This document shows, piece after piece, positions 12,357 to 24,330 of a stretch of DNA of 64,000 nt. Source of the DNA: Octopus bimaculoides (lineage: Eukaryota). Under the pieces are notes generated by a model. The model worked only from the letters and a program-made list of their open reading frames with translations, made no database searches and was not told the DNA's origin. Every line of letters starts with the position of its first letter. Position 1 is the stretch's first letter. The stretch lies in the NCBI RefSeq assembly GCF_001194135.2, contig NC_068997.1, positions 28,365,733 through 28,429,732 of the forward strand, written 5' to 3'. The position numbers were made by a program, and so were the translations under genes.

Positions 12357-13274
12357 ATATATTCTAAATATCCCTAGACATGAGGGTAATAGCTGCAAAT
12401 AGCTGTAATTTCTAAGTCTGTTACATCACAATTGAGGTGGGGCTAAACAACAGCATCATCGACATCACCATCATCAAAATTCTCACGAAAAGACTTCCTT
12501 GTAAAACCCTGTCTGTGTCATACCAAACCTGCAGGACACAATGGATTCTTTATTCTTTAATCCTTTCTTTCAAAGGCAATTCTAAAATTCCCAAATGAAG
12601 GTTTCTCCATCTGAGAAATGTGTAGGACTTTTTTCTGTATCTATTTTTAATCAAATGCTTCATAGTAAAATACACTGAAAAGATTATTCTGATGGTTGTG
12701 GTTGTTCTTATTGTTGGTGTTGTTGTTGCTTTACATGGATTTACTCTTAATGACCCTATGAATAGACATTCTCACGATCACCTTCTCACATTTATTTTTC
12801 TGGCACCTATTGTTTCTTAAATTACAGTGTGCTGATAATTTCCCTGTGTACAGCAACTATTATAATAATGTAATTAAAAATTCTTCCACTTTCTACTTAA
12901 GATTCCAGTTTACCTTTTCAAATAAGAGAAGCCGGATGTATACACCTTTTAATAAAAGCATAAATGCTTAGCAGAAAATTTTGATTGGTCCAAAAGAAAA
13001 GTTGATATAAATATTGTGGCTGTTTTCACAAAAGAAATTTGCATACATGTACATCTATCTATTTCTATGAATATATATATGAATGTGTGTGTTTATATAC
13101 CACCAACACATTGTTTTATTTCTGATTTTTTTTTCTTTTTCCCCCCAACCATGTGGTTCTGGGTTCAGTCCCACTGTGTGACACTTTGAGTAAATGTCCT
13201 CTCATATAGCTTCAGGCCAACCAAAGCCTTGTGAGTGAATTTGATAGATGGAAACTGAAAGAAGCCTGTCGTTT

Positions 13275-14245
13275 ATATCTATATATATATAAAAGAGAGT
13301 TTGTGTGTGTGTGTGTACATATGTTCCTTAGGCATTCGAAAACTAAGTTGATGATTTTAATGTATGGGGTATCAAAAGATTCAATAATCTTTTGGCTACC
13401 AAATGAACTTTATTTTCATTTACGTATTTTCTAGGTTATCTCAACAACTAGCTATAGTTATTTGAAAGACACTGCTCTACAATGATTGGGTTTCATTAGG
13501 AAGTGAAAATAGTTTTACACTTTCAATTTGAACCAAAATTACAAAGTGTTGCATAACGAGAGTGATAATGTGTGAATAATGAAAGTAAAGTTTCTCCAAT
13601 TAGTCATATCTGTACTATAATGTAGAAAGCTGCTTATCATCTACAATATATATATATAAAAGAAAGTTTGTGTGTGTGTGTGTATTTCCTTATGGATTCA
13701 AAAACTGAGTTGCCGATTTTAATATATGAAGTATCAAAAGATTCAGTAATCTTTCTGCTACCAAATAAACTATGTTTTTTGGCACAACTTTTTTTACTTC
13801 TAAAATAATCTCGGAAATGAGGTTGGGTTGCACAATTTTGAGGTCATTTTCGGGCAATATTTCAATTTGTTTCTAATGTTTCACAAGTGCGTACAATTCT
13901 ACTCAGACAAACATTTATGAAAATTTACACATAAATATTGTATTAAAATAAGCCACAATCAAAAAAATTTCATTAAAAGACATCCATTTGTGTATATGGT
14001 ATGAGAAATTACAGTCACTCACTCTCTCACACATGCACATGCACACACACACACACATACATACAAGAAAGATGTATGCATATGTATTTATGTACATGTA
14101 TATGAAAGATAATGTTTGTCAGAGAGAGAGTTTGTGAGTGAGTGCCACTTACATATGCATGCAAAAAATACATACATGACAATACATACCTTCACTCATG
14201 CACTCTTTCTCTTTCTCTCCCTCTCATGCACACACAAACATGTAC

Positions 14246-14276
<31 letters not shown>

Positions 14277-14568
14277 GTGTCCATTTCATATACCTGTTCA
14301 TACAGCTTTCACTTTTTCCTCTCTTTCATTTTCTGCTCTCATAATTTGTGATTCTTCTCAAGAACAGAAAGTACTTTCATGCAAACCGATGCAAATTGTG
14401 CCCTCCCCCACCATCAATATCACTTTTAAACAAACAATAACTTCCATTACACCTGTAATCCAGTTCACTATATGTTAGCTGTGCCGAATTTGCCCATAAG
14501 AAAGGAACAAATAATTCAAAGTGGCTATAGGTCATAACACCCGGGCAACGCCAGGATGCATTGCTAGT
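13275..14568 (+). mobile_element. Non-autonomous Helitron-like pieces
   Basis: Two related heads tatatatataaaaga(g/a)agttt(gt)n..gtatcaaaagattca at about 13275 and 13640; Helitron-type 3' end cccgggcaacgccagg..CTAG|T at 14539-14568. Confidence 0.5.
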
Positions 14569-16344
14569 GTGTGTGTGTGTATTTCTTTGTGTCTGTGTTT
14601 GTCCCTCACCACCACTTGACAACTGGTGTTGGTGTGTTTATAAGTCCTGGGGACAATTTGTTTGGCTAAAATAACCTCCAAGGCAGTGCCCCAGCATGGC
14701 CACAGTCTAATGGCTGAAATAAGTAAAAGATAAAAGATATGTGTGTAGACTTTCAACAATATTACTTTAATCTTCTGAAGATTGATAGAAGTGGTTGAAT
14801 TTTTAGAAAATGGGTAATTCCCAATTAGCTGATTTCCATGTTTGATTAATAAAACAAGACAAGCAATAGCTTTCTCTGTGTCGTTTCTATAGTTTTAACT
14901 TTGACATGAAGTTATTTTTAACTTTCTGTGTGAAAGGAATCAGTAGTATTTTCTTTGATCTCCAGTGGCCTACCATGTCAAAAAGAATTGAAAATTACAG
15001 ATTTATAGTGTATATATGTGGATTTATGAGTCTATATCTACTCACACAGATATATCATGGCAACAACTTTCCCCTTTCACTGGTGTAACTCACCTCAAAT
15101 CTGGGGGTAGAGGTGTCAAGGTGGATGTAACTTGAAACATTTTTATATCCCCCACCCCACCCCCACCGCTAAAAAAGACAATTACAGATTTAAGTGATGA
15201 ATGATATTTAGCTTGCAAAAACCTGGGAAATTCTCTTCAACACATGACTGTTTCAACATATTGGTTCCTCTCTTCCATTCTACACACCTACACCATTCCT
15301 CCTAAACCATGATGGATGAATGTCACAGCCTGAATGGTCGCAGTGAAAAATGACCTCTGGAATGGAAATTCTATTTCTGTGAAAAGTGTGGAGAAAAGAT
15401 CTGATGACAAATGAGAATTATACCCCACCCCAACCCCACCCCACCATTAATAAGNNNNNNNNNNNNNNNNNNNNNNNNNNNNNNNNNNNNNNNNNNNNNN
15501 NNNNNNNNNNNNNNNNNNNNNNNNNNNNNNNNNNNNNNNNNNNNNNNNNNNNNNNNNNNNNNNNNNNNNNNNNNNNNNNNNNNNNNNNNNNNNNNNNNNN
15601 NNNNNNNNNNNNNNNNNNNNNNNNNNNNNNNNNNNNNNNNNNNNNNNNNNNNNNNNNNNNNNNNNNNNNNNNNNNNNNNNNNNNNNNNNNNNNNNNNNNN
15701 NNNNNNNNNNNNNNNNNNNNNNNNNNNNNNNNNNNNNNNNNNNNNNNNNNNNNNNNNNNNNNNNNNNNNNNNNNNNNNNNNNNNTATATATATATACATA
15801 TATTTGATAGACTTCTTTCAGTTTTCATCTACCAAATCAACTCACAAGGCTTTGGTCGGCTCAAGGCTATAGTAGAAGACACTTGCCCAAGGTGCCACAC
15901 AGTGGGGCTGAACCCGGAACCAAGTGGTTGGTAAGCAAGCTACTTACCACACATATAGACATACATAGACATATATATGTCGTCATCATCATCATTTAAC
16001 ATCTGTTTTCCATGCAGGCTTGGGTTAGACGGTTTGACAGAAGCTGACCAGCTGAAGAGCTGTTCAGGTTCCATGTCTGTTTTAGTATAGTTCCTATAGC
16101 TGGATGCCCTTTCTAAGAGCAGCCACTTTACAGATTGTACTGGGTATGCTTATGCAGCACCACTATGACTGCTTTCCACGTAGTACCAGCATCTATGAGC
16201 CCACAAAATAAGAGATGCTCAGTTGCAGGGACGAGCCTGGATGCAAGGATAACCACACTTTTACTTAGCTAGAAATATATAAGTAAATTATATATACATA
16301 TATGTATGTATATGTATGTGTATACATAAATAAATATATTGGTA

Positions 16345-16507
16345 CAAGAGTGGCTGTGTGGTAAGTAGCTTGCTTACCTGCCACATGGTTCCGGGTTCAG
16401 TCTACTGTGTGACACCTTGGGCAAGTGTCTTCTACTATAGCCTTGGGCTGACCAAAACCTTGTGAGTAGATTTAGTAGGCGGCAACTGAAAGAAGCTTGT
16501 CGTATAA

Positions 16508-16602
<95 letters not shown>

Positions 16603-16830
16603 TGTATGTACGTGTGTGTATATGTTTGTGTGTGTGTGTTTGTCCCCCCAACATCGCTTAACAATTGATGCTGGTGTGTTTATTTCCCTGTAACTTAGCA
16701 GTTTGGCAAAAAAGAGCAGTAGAATAAGTACTTGGCATACAAAGAATAAGTCCTGGGGTCAATTTGTTCAACTAAAGGCGGTGCTCCAGCATGACCACAG
16801 CCAAATGACTGAAACAAGCAAAAGAATAAA
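16345..16830 (+). mobile_element. SINE family B with internal (TA)n/(TG)n microsatellite
   Basis: gtggtaagtagcttgcttacc..gaaagaagc..(TA)n..gtttgtcccc..cagcatg..gaaacaag; further copies at about 10870-11190, 19055-19430(-), 35535-35905, 36790-37140(-), 44100-44465(-), 46420-46795, 54705-55075(-), 62733-63110. Confidence 0.85.
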
Positions 16831-17289
16831 AGTATATACATGTGTGTGTGTGTTTTTGCAAATGCTTGGTAAAATCCATTTACGCCTCTCAATTAAAAGG
16901 ATTCCAAAGGCCATTGTTGTGGCTGCTTTTGTTGCTGATGTTATTGCTGTTGTTTTTGTTGCTTATCATAGGTTGGACAAGGAAAAGCAGTCACGTTCCC
17001 AAGACATTCTCTCTGTGACTATCCCAAGTTTTGTCTTCCTGCTGACATAGTTGAAAGAACTTATTCATTAAAGGACTTTAAACATTTTAGCTGTTTCGTG
17101 GCAATGTTATGGTAATACAATTGTAGTAACGCTGTGCCCCACTTTCCTATACAATCAAACAATTTACAATTGTGCATTTAAAGATCTGTATTTACCTTAA
17201 ACTAGAGTGGGATATAGAGAAACGGATATACGCACCTTTTGGCGTAAGAAAGAGGTGAAGTTAAAAATTTAATTGGACAGGAGAAAGAA

Positions 17290-18495
17290 ATAATATGAAT
17301 GTGCTTTTATATTAGTTTATTTTATCTAATACAATTTCTACAAAAGAAAGATGAAGAAAAGAAAAGAAAAGTGGAAAAAAGAAAAAGCGAGAGAAAAAAA
17401 GAGTAAAAAGAGAAGAAAGAGAAAAATCCATCAACGCAGCACGAAGCGCTTCGATTGGTTGCACACCACAAGGTTCAACGGAACCTACTGAAGCGAGTCA
17501 ACATGCTTATGACATTACCATGGATGATGGCAAGACTAAGGCATTGGAAAAGCCAAGCACCCTCATGGGTATCACCTGACACATTGGTGAGGTGAACTGC
17601 CAACAATGACAAGAGCTTCAGTTAGTGGCCCAGTCACTCCAAATTTCTCAAATGCCACAGGTTGGAAGAGAGAGTTCATTGCCAAATCCCGATACTTCAG
17701 AGTTTTGTTCCATTTGGCTATGGATGCAGTGACCCTCCCATTTACTGCAGAGTCACAGACTGTGGTGTCCCAGATGAGGCACTTACCTCAAACACAGGGA
17801 CAGAGGATAAGACCATCTGGTCTCTTTCCATCACTTCTAGATAATCCTGCTGGCTCCAGAACTGAGGGGATATTAATCTGAACCATGGCCTGCTTAATAA
17901 TTAAGATTAGGTCAGTGTGATGACCATAAAGACCTGTGGAATCAAGGGATCTACCACAATGACATCTCAGTCCCTACAGACTTCAGCTCTTACTCTGAGT
18001 GCAATGGAGAAGTGGAGCTCATCTAGACTGAGTAGACTTCCAATGTTAGCCACAGGCAGGGAATCAATCCAGTCTCCTGAGAATTTTGCACTAGCAGAAA
18101 GTAGGCGACACCTTGAAAACTGATCAAATTGATCAAGGAGAGAGTTGAAAGTGGGACCTGAACGCAGATTGCCCCATGCTCTCTGCTTCCGTCTATCCTC
18201 AATTGACAAACCCAGCTCTCTCCACTGTAACATAGCTTCATCCATCTGCCTGTTGGAATTAGTCCATGTTGGAGCGGAGAGGATGTTACCTACTGGAGGG
18301 GAGCAAGCATGGATGGAGGAAAGAAAACAAACAGGGGAGAGATTGAGACATGCACTTGCACAGACTTTGTCCCCCAAACCGTTTGGGCAAAGCAGCCTGG
18401 TCACAGGACTCTTGGGGGAGAGTTTGACATTGACCAAGCATTCAAGTTTCCTGAAAATTGGGTCATGAAAACATTGGAGAGATGACAGTAATCTA
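17290..18495 (-). mobile_element. CRE-clade non-LTR retrotransposon 3' fragment including restriction-like endonuclease
   Basis: NGLG..., RCRLLSASAKFSGDWIDSLP, C-H-C knuckle, LEPAGLSRSDGKRPDG..GKCLIWDTTVCD, KYRDL..FQPVAFEKFG, AWLFQCLSLAIIHGN; stops and frameshifts; homologous to 181-860. Confidence 0.85.
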
Positions 18496-21417
18496 TAAGA
18501 GGGACTAACTCACAAACACACACACACACACACACACAAGTGCAAAGCTCTAGTTGTGGAAGGAGTAGACTCAGGAAGAATGGGATGAAGTGGTGAGGAA
18601 AAATCTTCAGAGGGGACAACAAGATTTCTGGTGCTTTGCTGTGCTTGAGAAGACACGTCAAGAAGAGTAAATACATGGCCATCCTTACATGTAGGCATGT
18701 CTCCTGCATCCCTCTTCAGCTGAGTGTCCCTAATCTTGCAGGCTCATAGGTGCCTGTGCCATGTAAAAGCACTTTGCTGGTGTAACAGAGAAGCATCCAG
18801 TGGCACACTCTGTAAAGGGGTTGGCATTAGGAAGGGCATCCAGCTGTGGAAACCATGCCAAAGCAAACATGGGACATGGGACCTGACCTCCAGTTGGCCA
18901 GATCCTGTCAAACAGTTCAACCCATGCCAGCATGGAAAATGGACATTAAATGAAGCTGATGATGATGATATATATATATAAATATGTGTGTGTGTATGCA
19001 TACATACATACACATATACGTGTATATATATGTGTATATATATATTTCATTTATTCTTTTTTTTTTATTTGTTTCAGTCATTTGACTGCGGCCATGCTGG
19101 AGTACCACCTTTAGTCAAAGAAATCAACTCCAGGGCTTATTCTTTATAAGTCTAGAAGTTATTCTATTGGCCTCTTTTGCTGAACCGCTAAGTTACAGGG
19201 ATGTAAACACACCACCATCGGTTGTCAAGCAATGGTGGGGGATAAACACAGACACACACACACACATGACGGGTTTCTTTCATTTTCCATCTACCAAATC
19301 CACTCACAAGGCTTTGGTCGGCCCGAGGCTATAGTAGATGACACTTGCCCAAGGTGCCATGCAGCGGGACTGAACCTGGAACCATGTTGTTGGTAAGCAA
19401 GTTACTTACCACACAGCCACTCCTGCACCTATATATATACACACATACACATATGTGTGTGTATGCATATGTATATATGAATATCTATGCATATATGTAT
19501 CTGTGTGGGTCTGTGCATATGTGTGTGTGTGTACGCATGCATATGTTTTGTGTGTGTGACTCATGTATGTGAGTATATATATATCTGTGTTTGTGTGTGT
19601 GTGTAAATGTCACAGTCAAAACTTTCCCCCTTTCCCTGTCATAACTCACTCAAAGCTGAGGTGGAGGGTTTGGGGGTGAGTGTCACTCGACACATTTTAA
19701 TACCGAAACGCAACAGTAAAGTGATGAATGACATTTAAGTTGCAAAAAGCTGGGAAATTCTCTGGAATCCTCTTCTGCTTCAACTTATTGATTTGTCTCT
19801 TCTTTCATACTTAGCCCTACCTTTCCTCCTAAGTCCATGACCTGTCATGGCCTGAATGGTTTGAATGAAAGCTGACCTCTGCTATGGAATACTGCTGCCT
19901 TGTATGGTGTGGAGAATAAATTTGATGACAAATGACCTATTCTCTCCCCACCATCATCAACCATCTTCAAACCACCACCACCTCCAACAACAAATAAAAG
20001 AATTCAACAATGCAGTATGAACTGGCTAGGGACTCTAAATATTGATCTGCTAGAAATAACAGCCAAAACCTCCAGCAAATTTCACCCTCACTACTAATTG
20101 GGGAGAAAAGGTGATTAGATGTTGTAGTCCAAAGTAAACACACTATCATCATCATTATCATTTAGCGTCCATTTTCGATGCTGGCATGGGTCAGTCGGTT
20201 TGACCAGAACTGGTAAACTGGAGAGCTGTACCAGGTTTCAGTTTGATTTTGGCTTGGTTTCTATGGCTGGATACCCTTTCTAATGCCAACCACTTCAAGA
20301 GTGTCACAGTCACAAGTGCCATTTATGTGTCGCCATCATGGGTGCCATTTACATGCTACTGGCACTGTTCACAAATATGATTCCACTTGGCTTGAGCAGG
20401 ATCTTTTCAATCTCAGTCACAGATTTTTTAATTATAAACAGTTTGAAACTTTGGATACTGGTTGAATGTGTCACGTAGAACACGGTTTACTCTTAACGTT
20501 TTTGACAAAATTTTGTATTTTAGAAGTTATTTTGTTGAGTTAAATACTGTTAAGAAATTCGCCTGGAGTGCTAACGTTTCTGCCAACTTGCTGCTTTAAA
20601 TATAAACACAAAAATTAAATGGAAAATCATAAACCCTATGCTCTGTATATAAATGCTTCTTGAATTTGACCCTTTATACATCACAGAAAAATACACCATA
20701 ATTAACACTAATCATACAATTGCTAAATGCTAGACACTAAAATAAATTCAACTTCAAAAAATGGTCTGAATTAAAAATAATTGGATAAACAACCGAGAAT
20801 GCAACATCAAAGTAGAGATGCACTAACCACCAAAATAAAATACAGACACACTAACATTTACAGGAATTGAACCACAAATAGATAATCCAAACTGAACAAA
20901 ATGCTACATCCACACATCCATATACACATACACACACAAATATGCATGCACACATAGAAACATATTTAGAAAATCAAAAAATCACACACACACTCCTACA
21001 CTCACACAAATACACACACACGCACTCCTACACTCACATTAATACACACACACACACGCTCAACACACACACTGACACACACACTCAACACACACACAGA
21101 AACGTGCTTAAGAAGCTAAAAATGACACAGAAAAATGGTGTGAAAAGAATAATCACCATTAAATAATCCACTAAAAACCTCTCAGCCCTGAAAACCGTAT
21201 TCAGAGAAAATGAAGCATAAAAAAGGAGCTTCTTTACGATTTACCAAATGAATCGTCTTCATTGAAACACAAATTTAAAAATGGAAATACCATTACATAT
21301 GAATTGTAAATAAAATCCTCCCTGTTTTGACAAGCAAGATAGAGGATTAAAAGAAATCACGATAAATATAAAAGTCCTCAAGAATAAAAATATGCTAAAG
21401 AGGACCATAAATCCGCC

Positions 21418-21692
21418 CAGCAAATGTTAATATAAAGCTGAAGAACAGTAATAAAGAGAACACCTACACTGAACTATTGAGAAATCTGCAGTTACTCGAT
21501 CCAGGTTACAAGTTCAGGTTTTTACCTGTAATTATTGGGGCCCTGGGATATGTAACACACTGCCTAAATACCAATCTAGAGAAATTAGGCTTCTCAAAAC
21601 CAGAAAGGAAAAAGCTAATTCAGAGACTACAGATCCAATCCATCACTGGGACTGTAAAAATCTTTAGAACTTTCCAGAAGTTTATCATTTAA
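21418..21692 (+). mobile_element. 3' end of an RLE-type (R4/Dong-like) LINE ORF
   Basis: KENTYTELLRNLQLLDPGYKFRFLPVIIGALG..LEKLGF..LQIQSITGTVKIFRTFQKFII* followed by a microsatellite-rich 3' UTR. Confidence 0.7.
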
Positions 21693-21944
21693 ATATATAT
21701 GAGCATGTCTAGATATATAACTATATGCATGAGAATACATACACAAGACATACAAATCTGCACACATACATACACACATACATGATACACACACATACGT
21801 ACATACATAATACAGACATACATACATACATACATGCTTGCATGCATACATACACAGATACATGCATACATACTTATATCCATAAATACACAGATATGTA
21901 TTTATGTATATATTTGTAAACATATGCATCAAACTAGTAGTTGG

Positions 21945-22245
21945 TTTTCCTAACCTAATTCTTCAAAGACATTGAAATGAAATTTGGTGTGTCTAAATGT
22001 AAATTTTGGTTGGTAAAACATGAGAAATGTGTGTCCTTCTCCAAGACAGTAAACATGAATGATCTACAAAAAATCTTTTGCTCTCTGTAAAAGCTACAAG
22101 TATCTTGGACAGAATGAGCTAGATTGGAGCCATCAATAAAGAAAAGACAAGGAATGAATACCTCAAGAGAGCTTTAAAAAAGATGGTTGTCTGTACTCTC
22201 AGTTTACAACAACTATTTTGCTCAGAACATCTTAATTCCTCTCCC
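21945..22245 (+). mobile_element. Decayed RT-thumb fragment of an R4/Dong-like LINE
   Basis: FKDIEMKFGVSKC, SYKYLGQNE, INKEKTRNEYLKR, WLSVLSVYNNYFAQN across frameshifts. Confidence 0.6.
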
Positions 22246-23698
22246 ATCCTGAAAAGATTTGATTGAAATGGTTCAAATTTTTGCTTGTTGAATAGGATAG
22301 GTTGAGTGTCTTTCTCAAAGACATAATACGATGCCAATAACTGAACATAAGTCACCAATTCTTCAGTTGGTTGTCCAGTATCCTACAGTTTTGTGCATTT
22401 GTGCTATCAACTTGTTTTGGCACTATCCATAAATTATTCTAAAGTAGTAAATGCTCTGAAAATAAAATTAGGAAAATAAGATTACTTTTGTAAGTAGATT
22501 TTTAATTTAACTAGAACTCCATCAGTTATAATCTTTTCTACTCTAGGCACAAGGCTTGAAATGGGGGCGGGGGGCAGAGAGGAAAATTGATAAAATTTCA
22601 AAAAGCTGTTTAGTCCAATAGTATATCATTAAATCTTTATAATCAAATTACTTTTGTCATCATTAATATTAATATTTTTTTATCGAAATAAAATCAAGGA
22701 AATATCGTTTTTTTTTTGTATTGCATTTTAATAAATAGAGATTTTTGAATGAGTCTATAGGTGAGGGTGTCTGGAATGAATTGTAGGTGGTTATAGCTGT
22801 GTGCATTCAGGTCGGTAGTATTTACTTGGCTGATATTGCAGACAGCTGCTACAATTATACAACAACAGTCCCTGTTTTCAGTGTTCAGTCCAATACATCA
22901 CCTGATTAAATGCTACCGTCATGTTTACTCTTTATTCCGGGTCTCAATGCTTTCAATGGAGTTTTCTATGTCACAACCTATTGGATCAGATTGCTTGCTT
23001 CTGACGATTTTCAGCAAATGTTCAGACTGAGCATTGATCACATTCATCTCAACAACAGAGATTCTGCAAAAAATCATGGATGCTGCTCATCTTTTTCATT
23101 TGACTGACTCATTGAAAAAAAATTTGCATAACAAGTTGCTTTTTTATTATTAGCATAACCTTAAACAATTGCATGTTAAATTGGTTTCAAATTTTGGTGT
23201 AATGCCAGCAATTTTGAGTGAGGGGAGGGGGTGAGGAGAGTCAATTACATTGACCCCGTATTCAACTGGTACTTATTTTATTGACCTTGAAAAGCTGAAA
23301 GGCAAAGTCAACCTTGGCAGAATTTGAACTGAGAACCTAAAGACAGATGAAATACTGCTAAGCGTGTTGCTTGGCCTTCTAACAGTTCAGGCAGCCCACT
23401 TTACCTTACCTCCTCCTCTTTTTGCGAGCCACCGGCACGGGTACCTTTTGTGTAACTCCGGGGTGTTTTTACATGCCACCAACATGGGTGCCAATTTGCG
23501 TGACACCAGTACCTGTCACAACAAGGATTTTGCTCTGCTTGATGGGTCTAATAACTGTAAAACGGGAAAAAAATTCTGTGGAGTCGATACATTCAACTAA
23601 AAATTCTTCAATGCGGTGCCCAAGCATGGCCACAGTCTAATGACCGAAATAAGTTAAAGGTGAAAAAAGTGGAAAAAGTAATTGAAAAATATAACCGT

Positions 23699-23783
23699 GG
23701 GGCTTTTGTCACTTTCACACTTTAACTATGGGGCTTTTGTCTGTAGGGCTTTTGTCCTTCTCAGGGGCTTTTGTACTATACTC
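23699..23783. repeat. Four GGGCTTTTGT motifs ending ...ctatactc; resembles a Mutator-like terminal region
   Basis: Motifs at about 23699, 23730, 23746 and 23764; no partner end found. Confidence 0.4.
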
Positions 23784-23949
23784 ATGCCTATTTAGAACTC
23801 TCTCTATGTAGAACTGTCTCATGAGGTAATTTTCCTCAACCGTATTGTTGATATTTATAATGAATATTTCTAAATTAGCACTATTTCTCTCTCCATACAC
23901 ATTGGATAATCTTAGTCTCAGTAACTGGGCAGAATATACTTTGCCAAAG

Positions 23950-24330
23950 AAGTCTAGTAAAGCTTAAAATATGTCCGTTGCTTTTATGGGCTTCAACGGA
24001 TAGATTCACTACAATTGTCTACATTATCCAAATATTTCTGTTAAATTATATTAAATTTATGACAATCACTTGTTATTTTCAGATTTGAAACACGGCCAGA
24101 GGGCGTTTTTGTATAATTATTGTTGGGATAATCTCAGGTGCACACAGTTATTTTCGAATGTATTACGTATATGGAACACTATAAAACAGTAGAATCCTAT
24201 TCCATAAGCACCGTTTACGAAGGGAGATCACTTTATATTAAAAAATGGCGGATTCTACTCAAGTGGAGTTGCTGTTTTTTGATACATTTTCTCACGAAAA
24301 TATCGAGGTAGGATATTTTGTCGGCTGTAA
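23950..24330 (+). promoter_or_regulatory. Probable VIRMA promoter/5' region
   Basis: CpG-retaining stretch around the start codon, between CpG-depleted flanks; TSS not identifiable. Confidence 0.4.
24245..24307 (+). CDS. VIRMA: VIRMA coding exon 1 ([21 protein letters not shown])
   Basis: aaaaATGG start context, 63 nt, donor GAG|gtagga, phase 0; local CpG retention. Confidence 0.95.

Noticed and set aside
20590-20830. Possible Penelope GIY-YIG remnant (KIKWKII)
   Set aside because: Too degraded to distinguish from AT-rich background.
22800-23130. Possible MULE transposase remnant (HGC..FHLTDSL)
   Set aside because: Needs several frameshifts and motif matches are too short to support by eye.
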